IMG/VR virus record: IMGVR_UViG_3300024239_000011
Coordinates: 62,001 to 126,000 of that record
Reading direction: 5' to 3' (one strand)
Length of the DNA stretch: 64,000 bases
The position numbers and the translations under genes are program-made. Below the pieces are notes generated by a model. The model saw only the letters and a list, made by a program, of their open reading frames with translations. It did no database searches and was not told the DNA's origin. Shown here piece after piece: positions 56,031 through 64,000 of the stretch (position 1 is its first letter; each line of letters starts with the position of its first letter).

Positions 56031-56345
56031 TTACCGAATCTTCAGGTAAAGATTCTCACCGTCTCGGTGCTGATCCAACTGCTGCTTGGTGGGTTCGTAG
56101 AAATCCATCAGCGCAGGAACAGTCAGTCCGAGGTCGTAGGCGTACCGAAGAAGCTGTCGAATCTGCTCCTGGCTGAACATGCCTTCATTGGCAAAATGAT
56201 CGGTCATCAATTCAACATGAAATGCAGCTTCTTCATTGCCGCGTAGCTTTGCCATGTCGAACACGTTGCGTATGAGATCAAGCAACGGCTCAATCATTTC
56301 ATCACGAATTTTCATTAGCTTACCTTCTGTGGAATCGTAGTTCAT
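56031..56345 (-). CDS. hypothetical protein
   Basis: 104 aa ORF. Confidence 0.65.
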   Translation of the reverse strand: MNYDSTEGKLMKIRDEMIEPLLDLIRNVFDMAKLRGNEEAAFHVELMTDHFANEGMFSQEQIRQLLRYAYDLGLTVPALMDFYEPTKQQLDQHRDGENLYLKIR

Positions 56346-56952
56346 CTACCTCGATATCAATGTCGTACTTTGCCCACAGCAAGGTCAAGAAATCAGTGGC
56401 TTCTTGCTCACTAAATTCCGACGAAAAAGCAGTCATGTTCAATGCGCGGAATTGCACGCAGCGTCGCAGGTCTTCTTTGATTTGAATGATGTGGGGATGG
56501 TTCTTATATACTTCGCCAATCCGTTGGCGGATGGCATTCAACTTGATGAATTTTGTTCGTTCTGGTGGTAGAACAACCTTATCGGCTTTCTTCCCATTAC
56601 AGTTGGCACACATGGGTTGCCCATTCGCCAATGTGTCGTTCCCGCCTTTTGATTTCGGAACGATGTGATCCAACGTCATCAGATCACGACCACCGTTCCG
56701 CATCCCATACAGGTTCATAATCGAAAGAGTACAGTCCTTGGGCGTATCCAACCATATTTCAACGAAATGATGTCCTTCCAGCCCGCAAGAAACGCATTTG
56801 GTGCCTTTCTCAACAAACAACTGAAGGGTACGAGATATCCGCAGACGATTACCACTGGGTAGCCAAATGCTGCGTTTGCCATCGGCACGTGCCTGGGTCA
56901 GCAACGGCATAATCTCAGCAATAGGATAACTCGCTAAGGGCTGTTCGGACAT
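56320..56952 (-). CDS. HNH endonuclease
   Basis: MTLDHIVPKSKGG.D.L.N...MC..CN..KAD. Confidence 0.88.
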   Translation of the reverse strand: MSEQPLASYPIAEIMPLLTQARADGKRSIWLPSGNRLRISRTLQLFVEKGTKCVSCGLEGHHFVEIWLDTPKDCTLSIMNLYGMRNGGRDLMTLDHIVPKSKGGNDTLANGQPMCANCNGKKADKVVLPPERTKFIKLNAIRQRIGEVYKNHPHIIQIKEDLRRCVQFRALNMTAFSSEFSEQEATDFLTLLWAKYDIDIEVDELRFHRR

Positions 56953-56966
56953 ATTATTTCCGACAA

Positions 56967-57200
56967 CTACTTCTTACTATAAATGATGTGAACTTCTCGG
57001 CTCCCATCAGGGCGAATAGCGGTACAACGAATTTCACCGCGATCCGGCTCGTGTCCGACAGTCGCCTTATAGTGGTCAAGATACTCGATTGCTGCGATCT
57101 CACATTGCGCCATGGTATCCATGGTTTCGCTGATCCCACTTTCAAACCCCCGATGACCCGTCCAATACATCATCGTACCCAGGAGCAAAATCTTAACCAT
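56967..57200 (-). CDS. hypothetical protein
   Basis: 77 aa ORF. Confidence 0.5.
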   Translation of the reverse strand: MVKILLLGTMMYWTGHRGFESGISETMDTMAQCEIAAIEYLDHYKATVGHEPDRGEIRCTAIRPDGSREVHIIYSKK

Positions 57201-57391
57201 TGGTTAATCCTATGCCTTCTCAAGATCGCCTTCACTTGGGCGTGCGCAGACCCACATATTACCGCCCATACAGCGGTAATGCGTCCAACCAGACCGGGAT
57301 AAAATGGTAGAGGAACAGGATATGACGACCTTCTTTTACCAGAATCCGAATCCGAATCGGTCTAGATTTCATGATTTGATCCAATGGAAAT

Positions 57392-57481
57392 TGGCGGAAC
57401 GGGAGGGATTCGAACCCCCGGAACCCTTACGAGTTCGCAAGTTTAGCAAACTTGAGCCTTAAGCCTCTCGGCCACCGTTCC
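57392..57481 (-). tRNA. tRNA-Ser(GCU)
   Basis: canonical class II. Confidence 0.93.
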
Positions 57482-57580
57482 TTGACACCTATTTATGCTG
57501 TTTAGATATTATGGTCAATAAACATTTGTCCATGGTCAACAACCCGGCTACACTTTCCCAATCTTTCAGGAGTCCCAACC

Positions 57581-57796
57581 ATGACGTGTACTTGTAGCAC
57601 CCGAATCATTGAATTCCACGGCAAAACCGATGACCGTAGTGAAACGCATATTCTTGCGCCCGCCAGGGGAAAATCCCATTATGGAAATGTCCTGTATGGT
57701 ATCGGAATTGGCGGTGGCGATTACGTTCACTTCAAATACTGCGCGGACTGTGGTCGCATCCAGGGCAAATTCCCACTCTCGGACGAGATAATTTAA
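57581..57796 (+). CDS. hypothetical zinc-binding protein
   Basis: C.C...GIGGGDYV.FKYC.DCG.IQG.FP. Confidence 0.7.
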   Translation: MTCTCSTRIIEFHGKTDDRSETHILAPARGKSHYGNVLYGIGIGGGDYVHFKYCADCGRIQGKFPLSDEII

Positions 57797-57811
57797 CGAA
57801 GCGTTTGAAAA

Positions 57812-58117
57812 ATGACCGACTTCACCACAACCATCTACACAGACATCCATGGAACGGTACTGGAAGCTGGGCAACGGGTACGGCATGCCGACGATGATGG
57901 CTATTTTTATTACGGGCGTCTAGCAGTAACCGAGTTCGAATTAGATGGTGACCAGCACAAAATGCTGGAATTCTACTATGACGAAATGCCGCGTAATTCA
58001 GATGAACTTGAAAGTATCCCAGTTTCATGTATGCTTGACACTATTGAAGTCTTAACGGCAGCAATAAAAACCCGTCCAGACATTGACACGGCAACCTCCG
58101 ACCCTTATACTACCTAA
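57812..58117 (+). CDS. hypothetical protein
   Basis: 101 aa ORF. Confidence 0.6.
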   Translation: MTDFTTTIYTDIHGTVLEAGQRVRHADDDGYFYYGRLAVTEFELDGDQHKMLEFYYDEMPRNSDELESIPVSCMLDTIEVLTAAIKTRPDIDTATSDPYTT

Positions 58118-58134
58118 GATTTTCGGAGGTTATC

Positions 58135-58563
58135 ATGTCTGAAATTCGCGCATCACTCCACTGGCAAGAACAAAAAGGGCGCGGAACTAATATGTCTCTG
58201 TTTGGCGACCTTGTGGTGGTCGAGGAATGGTTTCATCGCGTTCGCGATACTTATTATAAAGCCTGGATCGAAAAGGCGATGTTTCCGCAGTACGTTACCG
58301 CGATAACTTGCGGATATCTACGGGAAGTCTATGGGTTGGAAGCCAACCTGCGATATCATCGTCGCAAGGGGATGGAAACCGAAAAATCAGGTGAAATCCT
58401 CAAAAACGGCGATGTAATCGCCATCGCCCGTCGTATCTCACATCCTGAATTCATTCGACCTTTTTGGGAAGTTGATTATCAAGGACACACTTTCCAATCC
58501 GGTTGCCTGGAAGGGCTACTGCTGGAAATCGCGGATTTCGAAGGTAACCACAATGAGTGTTGA
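58135..58563 (+). CDS. hypothetical protein
   Basis: GGAGG RBS. Confidence 0.65.
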   Translation: MSEIRASLHWQEQKGRGTNMSLFGDLVVVEEWFHRVRDTYYKAWIEKAMFPQYVTAITCGYLREVYGLEANLRYHRRKGMETEKSGEILKNGDVIAIARRISHPEFIRPFWEVDYQGHTFQSGCLEGLLLEIADFEGNHNEC

Positions 58564-59050
58564 ACCTCGCCCTGTCCTATTTCTCGCATTCAATCAGAAG
58601 CATGCGCACACCGTCGCGCATGCTTGGGGTGTTGATCCACGCATGTTCCGGTATGTGCGCAACGAACGTGATCTCATGGGCATCCCCCGTGGAACCCCAC
58701 TGGTTACCTACTTTCCGCCGGGTTTCTTCCCATCGCGGGTACAATCGGATGCCCTTGTGGTTGCTCATGCTCGTGGTTTAACCATCGAAGAATTCGAAGA
58801 CCTATACACGCCCGAGAAAACCGCCACCCAGGCGTTCGCCAATGTTCTGTTTAATGACGGGGTGGGGGTTGGTCCCGATCCGGTCATTGACCGCATCCAG
58901 CGTCGAGTGGACGAGGCAGAAGCCCGAATCCTAGCGTCGGTTGGACTTCAGGCGCCGGAAATTGATCTCGATGCCCGCCGCACCGAAGCGTGGAAGGAAC
59001 ATTTCCGCACGGTGATTAAGCAGCACTATGCGGAAAGAAACGCCCGATGA
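58553..59050 (+). CDS. hypothetical protein
   Basis: overlapping operon arrangement. Confidence 0.6.
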   Translation: MSVEPRPVLFLAFNQKHAHTVAHAWGVDPRMFRYVRNERDLMGIPRGTPLVTYFPPGFFPSRVQSDALVVAHARGLTIEEFEDLYTPEKTATQAFANVLFNDGVGVGPDPVIDRIQRRVDEAEARILASVGLQAPEIDLDARRTEAWKEHFRTVIKQHYAERNAR

Positions 59051-59538
59051 TTGTCACCCTCACCCTCGATATGCTTCCAGCTACGTGCAATATCAATGTT
59101 GCGATTGGTTGGATCAGCGATACCGAGTATGTGACTTTGGTAGGTTCGCCTACTAAAGTACGTGAACAGTGTGAACGTGATGGGGTGAAACGGGTCGATA
59201 TCTCCGATATTCAGTGGAATGTGATCGGAAATTCCAGCGCGAAAACACATTTGGACGCAATTATATTGGACTATCTGCAATACGAAGAAATGTATTCTCA
59301 CCACGGCGATATTTCGCCGTTTAATCCTGAACAAGTGATGACTGCGGTCGGTGAAAAAGCCATTCGTACCGGAATCGAAGCTGCTCGAAATGGCAACCCC
59401 GAGCAAGGATTGCACGACATGTTATTCGAGTTTCAATCTTATATCGGACAGACTGACTGCAATTTAGCAGGCGTTTTCGTTTCCGGAAACGTCAAAAAGC
59501 AAATTATGGAAATACTATCAGAAATAGCTTCAGTCTAA
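59047..59538 (+). CDS. hypothetical protein
   Basis: ATGA overlap. Confidence 0.6.
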   Translation: MIVTLTLDMLPATCNINVAIGWISDTEYVTLVGSPTKVREQCERDGVKRVDISDIQWNVIGNSSAKTHLDAIILDYLQYEEMYSHHGDISPFNPEQVMTAVGEKAIRTGIEAARNGNPEQGLHDMLFEFQSYIGQTDCNLAGVFVSGNVKKQIMEILSEIASV

Positions 59539-59865
59539 TTGAGCCAGACGAACGGTGAACCATACTCCGGTAAACCCGGAAATAAAATATTCACCATCCT
59601 TGTTAATAGCTTGCCAAATCAATGATACAACATCATTGACCGTTGATCCCGGTGGCACTTCAAAAGCCTGATCAATACCAGGGTTTTCGGCAGCATCCTT
59701 TACATAATCTATTAATTTTCCAGTCCACTCCAATGTACCATCTTCATCGGTACTATCATGCGAACGAACTTCAACTAATGTATCACCGATACTTTCTTTT
59801 AGTTGAATTTTGTTAATATTTTCAAGTGTTTCGATTAATTTACGAATTTGTTCAATTTGTGACAT
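59530..59865 (-). CDS. acidic hypothetical protein, possible virion-internal protein
   Basis: CTAAATA upstream; leader QIRKLIETLEN. Confidence 0.7.
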   Translation of the reverse strand: MSQIEQIRKLIETLENINKIQLKESIGDTLVEVRSHDSTDEDGTLEWTGKLIDYVKDAAENPGIDQAFEVPPGSTVNDVVSLIWQAINKDGEYFISGFTGVWFTVRLAQLD

Positions 59866-60424
59866 GGCAAACCCTGTTAATAATTAACAAATTGTATTTA
59901 GTTGATTTTGTATTTGACCTAGATTGGAGGTACACCTTCCCCCTTTCGGAGGAAAAGGTGTTTTGACCTGAGTTGTCGTATCGTCAAACGAGGGATATCC
60001 GCAGGCGGACTGGCTATATTCCTGCGTACCTCTTACCTTCCACGGCGCAATGCCGTCCAGTCGGGACAGTGGGTTAACCTTGACGATGATACCCCACCGT
60101 TGCTTGTTGTGGTTTGTCACAGAGCAAGCATCCATTCACCAAGATCGGCTGTACCATAGCCGAAACAGGGCTTACCACCAGCATCACTGGCGTATCCTCT
60201 TTTTGTGTGGGCAGGAACCGCAGTAGCGATTTTCCCATCGGGTGGAAGAAGCACCCTCATACCCCCGGTCAGGCGTCCCGGTCTTAGGCGTTTATGTTTT
60301 GTTCTTCGTGAGACGAAAATACACTCCACTACTTATACGAGTCAATTTTTTACGCCTATACCGGGGCTGGTTTGTGTCGCCCTATGGGCAAAAGAAAACC
60401 GGCGCTTGAGCGCCGGTTTGAAAG

Positions 60425-61300
60425 TTAATTAAGGGAAGCCACCTGGGTTTGTTTGGACTTCCGATCAAATTTTTTGAAGTCGTATTGTTTGATATGACCC
60501 TTGATTTTTGAAACGTATTTGTGTCCTAGGGTCGAATACGACATTATTCCGGTGAGCAATTCACTACTATCCAGTGGTTGCTCGTTCTTACGCATATCCC
60601 ACCGCGTTTGGCGAAATTTATTGTAAGCCGGATGTGTGTTCAGATTCCGCATATACGAACGGATTGATGCACGTGGGTTGTTGAAACAGGGATGGCTCCC
60701 ACCATCTGATGCGGACACCGCGCAAGTGCTGGTGCCTTTCTGTCCAAAGAACCCATTGGTCTTCTGAGCCACACGGGATGTTCCCCATCCGCTTTCTTCA
60801 ACCGCTTGTGCCAGCGCCATTGAGACCGGAACGACATCGACGCGCTTTACAAGTTCGCCAATGTCTCGGGGGTCGGAAACCTTGTATTCTGCCATTTTGG
60901 TTTGCAACCATTCCTTCTCACTTACAGTGAGACGGGGTTTGGAAGCAAGCCTGAGAATGGTACGTCGGTCATGCAAGATTTCATCCTGTACTGCCCCGAT
61001 CATAGGTACCATCATCTTGACAAATTCCGACTTTAATTCTTCACCCTCCATTTGGGTGAGTTCGATTGGGTAATTGGGCGCGTATTTGCTACGCTGCACG
61101 GGCTGCTCAGCAGTTTGAACAACCGGCGTCGGCGCATGGGGGGCGGGGGTTCGATCCTTGTACAGACCGTATGACCCAGCCGCTAAAGTCGCGGCGACGG
61201 CACTAGCAGCGACAGCACTACGGAACCCCGTCATGCTTTCTGCCATATCTACCTGCTGTGTTAGTTCATCATCTATAATCTCGATAAGCCTCATTGTCAT
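60425..61300 (-). CDS. Bax-like glucosaminidase (GH73-type) peptidoglycan hydrolase
   Basis: VDVVPVSMALAQAVEESGWGTSR..N.FFGQ...YMRNLNTHPAY..FR..R. Confidence 0.88.
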   Translation of the reverse strand: MTMRLIEIIDDELTQQVDMAESMTGFRSAVAASAVAATLAAGSYGLYKDRTPAPHAPTPVVQTAEQPVQRSKYAPNYPIELTQMEGEELKSEFVKMMVPMIGAVQDEILHDRRTILRLASKPRLTVSEKEWLQTKMAEYKVSDPRDIGELVKRVDVVPVSMALAQAVEESGWGTSRVAQKTNGFFGQKGTSTCAVSASDGGSHPCFNNPRASIRSYMRNLNTHPAYNKFRQTRWDMRKNEQPLDSSELLTGIMSYSTLGHKYVSKIKGHIKQYDFKKFDRKSKQTQVASLN

Positions 61301-61493
61301 AACCGATTATCTATCGTTTGTCTACTATTTATGTCGTTTCTATACGAGAAAATCCTACCTTAACCTCGCCAATAGGGTCATTACCTATAATAAGATACAA
61401 TATATTGTATGCCTCGGTGGGATTTGTGCAGTGCAAAAGATAAAACGAATCTTTAAAAGCAAAATGCCGCCCTAAAAAGGCGGCATTAATTAT

Positions 61494-61585
61494 TGGCGGA
61501 CAGGGAGGGATTCGAACCCCCGATACGCTATTAACGTATACACACTTTCCAGGCGTGCGGATTAAACCAACTCTCCCACCTGTCC
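61494..61585 (-). tRNA. tRNA-Ser(GGA)
   Basis: canonical class II. Confidence 0.93.
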
Positions 61586-61617
61586 AATATATTCTATTTA
61601 TCATCGCAGTCAAAATA

Positions 61618-62595
61618 CTACGTTTGAAGTGATGCTGCTTTCACTTTTTGAGTATAGGTTATTACACAATGGTCGGTGATCCCGTCTAGTAATCCCAGCG
61701 AGCCATTGTTTACCGCTCCAAATTTGTGCAAAACCCATTGACCTCGCATAATCACATCATCCACCCAACGATGCCACCAGCGAGCGTTGTGAATTAATTC
61801 GCCCACATGAGAAATGTAGATCATATGCCCGGTATGACGGAAAAAGATTGGTGGTGGTAACTGAGGTACGATGTCGTCGTTATGAACAAAGCGAAAGTGC
61901 GGAATAAGGTACTTCACACGCTTGGCAAATTTGCTATCTCCGACTCTCGGGCTACCGAACGTATAGAGTCCGTGACCACCAAAGCGACTTGCCGCAATGG
62001 TCGCTAATGCACCACCAAGAGAATGCCCGCACCACCATATAGATCGACCGTGTTTATTTGCTTGGATACAGCGTTCCATTTCTGGCCAAATCAAATCCAG
62101 TGCATGTTGGAAACCGTTATGAACTTTTCCGCCGTTCTCGGAGTCTGTAAATAGAAAATCCATATCAGTTTTGATGTCTTTGAACTCATTCAATTCGGTG
62201 CCACGAAATGCTATTACAATTATATGGGTACCGATGGCAATGAATGCCTGGGTACCTTCACAATCATAAAAATGAACATCCACAAACCCAGCATTAATAA
62301 GTTGGGCAGCAACACGCTCATTGTCTCGCAAATATACCAACCGGGAGCATTCTACCAGCCATGTTGCGTTGATAGGACTATAAAGCAATGTGTCATAATC
62401 AAATGGATGGGTTTGATGATAATCGAACCAGCCATATTTACCCGGAGGATCAATAATATCTAACTTGGAATAGGAAATCACCCCCATAGCACACACCTCG
62501 CAATTCTCTTGCGAATATTTATGCAGCTTTGGGTAGTTCAGATGTGACGATACAGTGAACTTTGGGATGACCAATTTCTTCGTCATTACGTCCAC
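61618..62595 (-). CDS. class 3 lipase
   Basis: IAFRGTE, VHNGF, GHSLGGALA, FGSPRVG, HNDDIVP. Confidence 0.92.
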   Translation of the reverse strand: MDVMTKKLVIPKFTVSSHLNYPKLHKYSQENCEVCAMGVISYSKLDIIDPPGKYGWFDYHQTHPFDYDTLLYSPINATWLVECSRLVYLRDNERVAAQLINAGFVDVHFYDCEGTQAFIAIGTHIIVIAFRGTELNEFKDIKTDMDFLFTDSENGGKVHNGFQHALDLIWPEMERCIQANKHGRSIWWCGHSLGGALATIAASRFGGHGLYTFGSPRVGDSKFAKRVKYLIPHFRFVHNDDIVPQLPPPIFFRHTGHMIYISHVGELIHNARWWHRWVDDVIMRGQWVLHKFGAVNNGSLGLLDGITDHCVITYTQKVKAASLQT

Positions 62596-63076
62596 GGAGA
62601 ATTCTTCTTGATAGAACTTGTTCTAAAATAGTTGCTAGATGTAGAGCGGTATTTCCTGAAATCCTTTCTGCATCGATGACGAAACCAGTAGGATTTGAGT
62701 ACAACACCAAATCTGCGGCATTATTTTCATCAAGAGTGCGTTTGATAACCCGAGAAAGTTCAGAAATCACATTAAAACGATACGAACCACACTCCGGTAT
62801 GTCGGTATGTATTGTGATAACAATTGCATTTACCGCGTCACGTGAGACTATCGACCGAAGTAATTTTAGTTCAGCAGAAATCAATGCTATCTCTGTTTGG
62901 ATAGCGGTAATTTGCTTCCGCATTGCCCTGGTTTCTTTAATTACGGAATACAGTAATTTGAATAGTTGGACGAGCATAATCGACCCCAGCACAGTATTCC
63001 TATGCAGGTATTTACATCTAACCATTGGCGGCAAAACATATAATTTTACGAAAATTGTGGGGAAAATTCCCCACAA
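62519..63076 (-). CDS. hypothetical protein, possibly another remnant GGDEF fold
   Basis: coiled coil then RRILRGRNDEEIG tail; weak. Confidence 0.45.
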   Translation of the reverse strand: MWGIFPTIFVKLYVLPPMVRCKYLHRNTVLGSIMLVQLFKLLYSVIKETRAMRKQITAIQTEIALISAELKLLRSIVSRDAVNAIVITIHTDIPECGSYRFNVISELSRVIKRTLDENNAADLVLYSNPTGFVIDAERISGNTALHLATILEQVLSRRILRGRNDEEIGHPKVHCIVTSELPKAA

Positions 63077-63078
63077 TT

Positions 63079-63999
63079 TTAGGAATAGAGATCGCTATTG
63101 AGGTACTGATCCAATGTATACGCCGTCACAACACTGATGGCGGCGGCGGCGGGTACTGCCACAAAGACCCCAACAAATCCGAACAGTGTAGCGCCTGCCA
63201 ACACCGCGAAGATCACCATAACCGGGTGAATCCCAATGCTTTCCCCAATCAGTTTTGGGACGAGTACACCACTTTCAACGACATGAACCACCGCAAACAC
63301 CGCACCAACAATGGCAAGATGGTACACGTCGTGGAATTGAAGGAACGCGAGGATTAATGCAACCGATACGCCCCCAATCATGGCGACATACGGAATGAAT
63401 GCGAAAATACCGGTCAGCATCCCGACAATCAGCCCGAAATCAAGACCGACTAACCACAACCCAACACCATAACCGACCGCAAGGCACGCACAAACCATAC
63501 CCTGACCACGGAAGTATGCAGATAGCTTTCCATCAATTTTGGTGGTGATGTGATCAAATGCGGGTTTCACCGACCGAGGGAGATGGAGATGAACCCATTC
63601 GATCAGTTTTGGCCAATCCTTGACCATGTAATAGGCGACGATTGGGGTTAACGCCAAAAGGGCGAAGAGATGAATTGCCCCAAGGCTTCCTGTGATCATA
63701 TGGGATGCAATCGCCCCGGCTTTCTCAAATGCCGCGCTTCCATGTGCCGCTAACGTTTCCTTGAGTTGGGCGATTTGATCATCACTCATATATTGTTTTA
63801 AGTACGGCATGAGTTCGCTCGTGCGTGTATTGAGCGCCATTTTCATGTCAGGGATGCGCTGAATAAGGTTGGTGATTTGATGCCAGATCAGCGGACCCAC
63901 ACCAAGTCCAATCATTCCAATAAGCAGGAAGAAAGAACCGACTACGCCACCGGCAGCAACAGATCGCGATACCCCGCGTCGATCCAGTTTTTCAACGAG
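63079..63999 (-). CDS. AI-2E family membrane transporter (5' end outside window)
   Basis: LSAYFRGQ, FIPYV, ESGVLVPKLIG..IGIHPV..I..VL.G..LFG..G..VAVP. Confidence 0.92.
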   Translation of the reverse strand, partial: LVEKLDRRGVSRSVAAGGVVGSFFLLIGMIGLGVGPLIWHQITNLIQRIPDMKMALNTRTSELMPYLKQYMSDDQIAQLKETLAAHGSAAFEKAGAIASHMITGSLGAIHLFALLALTPIVAYYMVKDWPKLIEWVHLHLPRSVKPAFDHITTKIDGKLSAYFRGQGMVCACLAVGYGVGLWLVGLDFGLIVGMLTGIFAFIPYVAMIGGVSVALILAFLQFHDVYHLAIVGAVFAVVHVVESGVLVPKLIGESIGIHPVMVIFAVLAGATLFGFVGVFVAVPAAAAISVVTAYTLDQYLNSDLYS

Positions 64000-64000
64000 G

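Noticed and set aside
1-64000. CRISPR array, rRNA, integrase
   Set aside because: No regularly spaced repeats, rRNA motifs or recombinase signature seen.

Overview
This window reads as part of a large lytic (jumbo-type) phage genome whose host is probably an alphaproteobacterium; this is an inference. Evidence: dense small ORFs, T4-like late-promoter cores (TATAAATA/CTAAATA), tail-fibre-like genes, about 55 tRNA or tRNA-like genes almost all on the minus strand with encoded CCA, about 10 free-standing endonuclease genes, and host-like genes of alphaproteobacterial type (fliM/fliN, sspB, XRE regulators). Highlights: (1) a phage fliM-fliN-fliN operon whose FliM carries a PopZ-like N-terminal helix, plus a catalytically dead DgcB-like GGDEF protein, a pseudo-receiver and a tail-less SspB, suggesting mimicry of host polarity and motility control. 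(2) An unusual tRNA zoo: two tRNAs with a shared 39-40 nt anticodon-loop insertion, three tRNAs with the anticodon arm ahead of the GGAU D-loop motif, class II arms on Cys/Asn/Lys tRNAs, a group I intron in a tRNA-Gln body, and a circularly permuted alanine-type tRNA-like element between two paralogous genes. (3) A roughly 1 kb structured non-coding RNA (GOLLD-like) and several smaller candidates. (4) Translation and RNA-repair genes: TrpRS with an insertion, ValRS lacking its editing domain, YqeY, RNA ligase, a Tpt1-like ART-fold protein and two nucleotidyltransferases. All calls are by eye from motifs; no database search was run.
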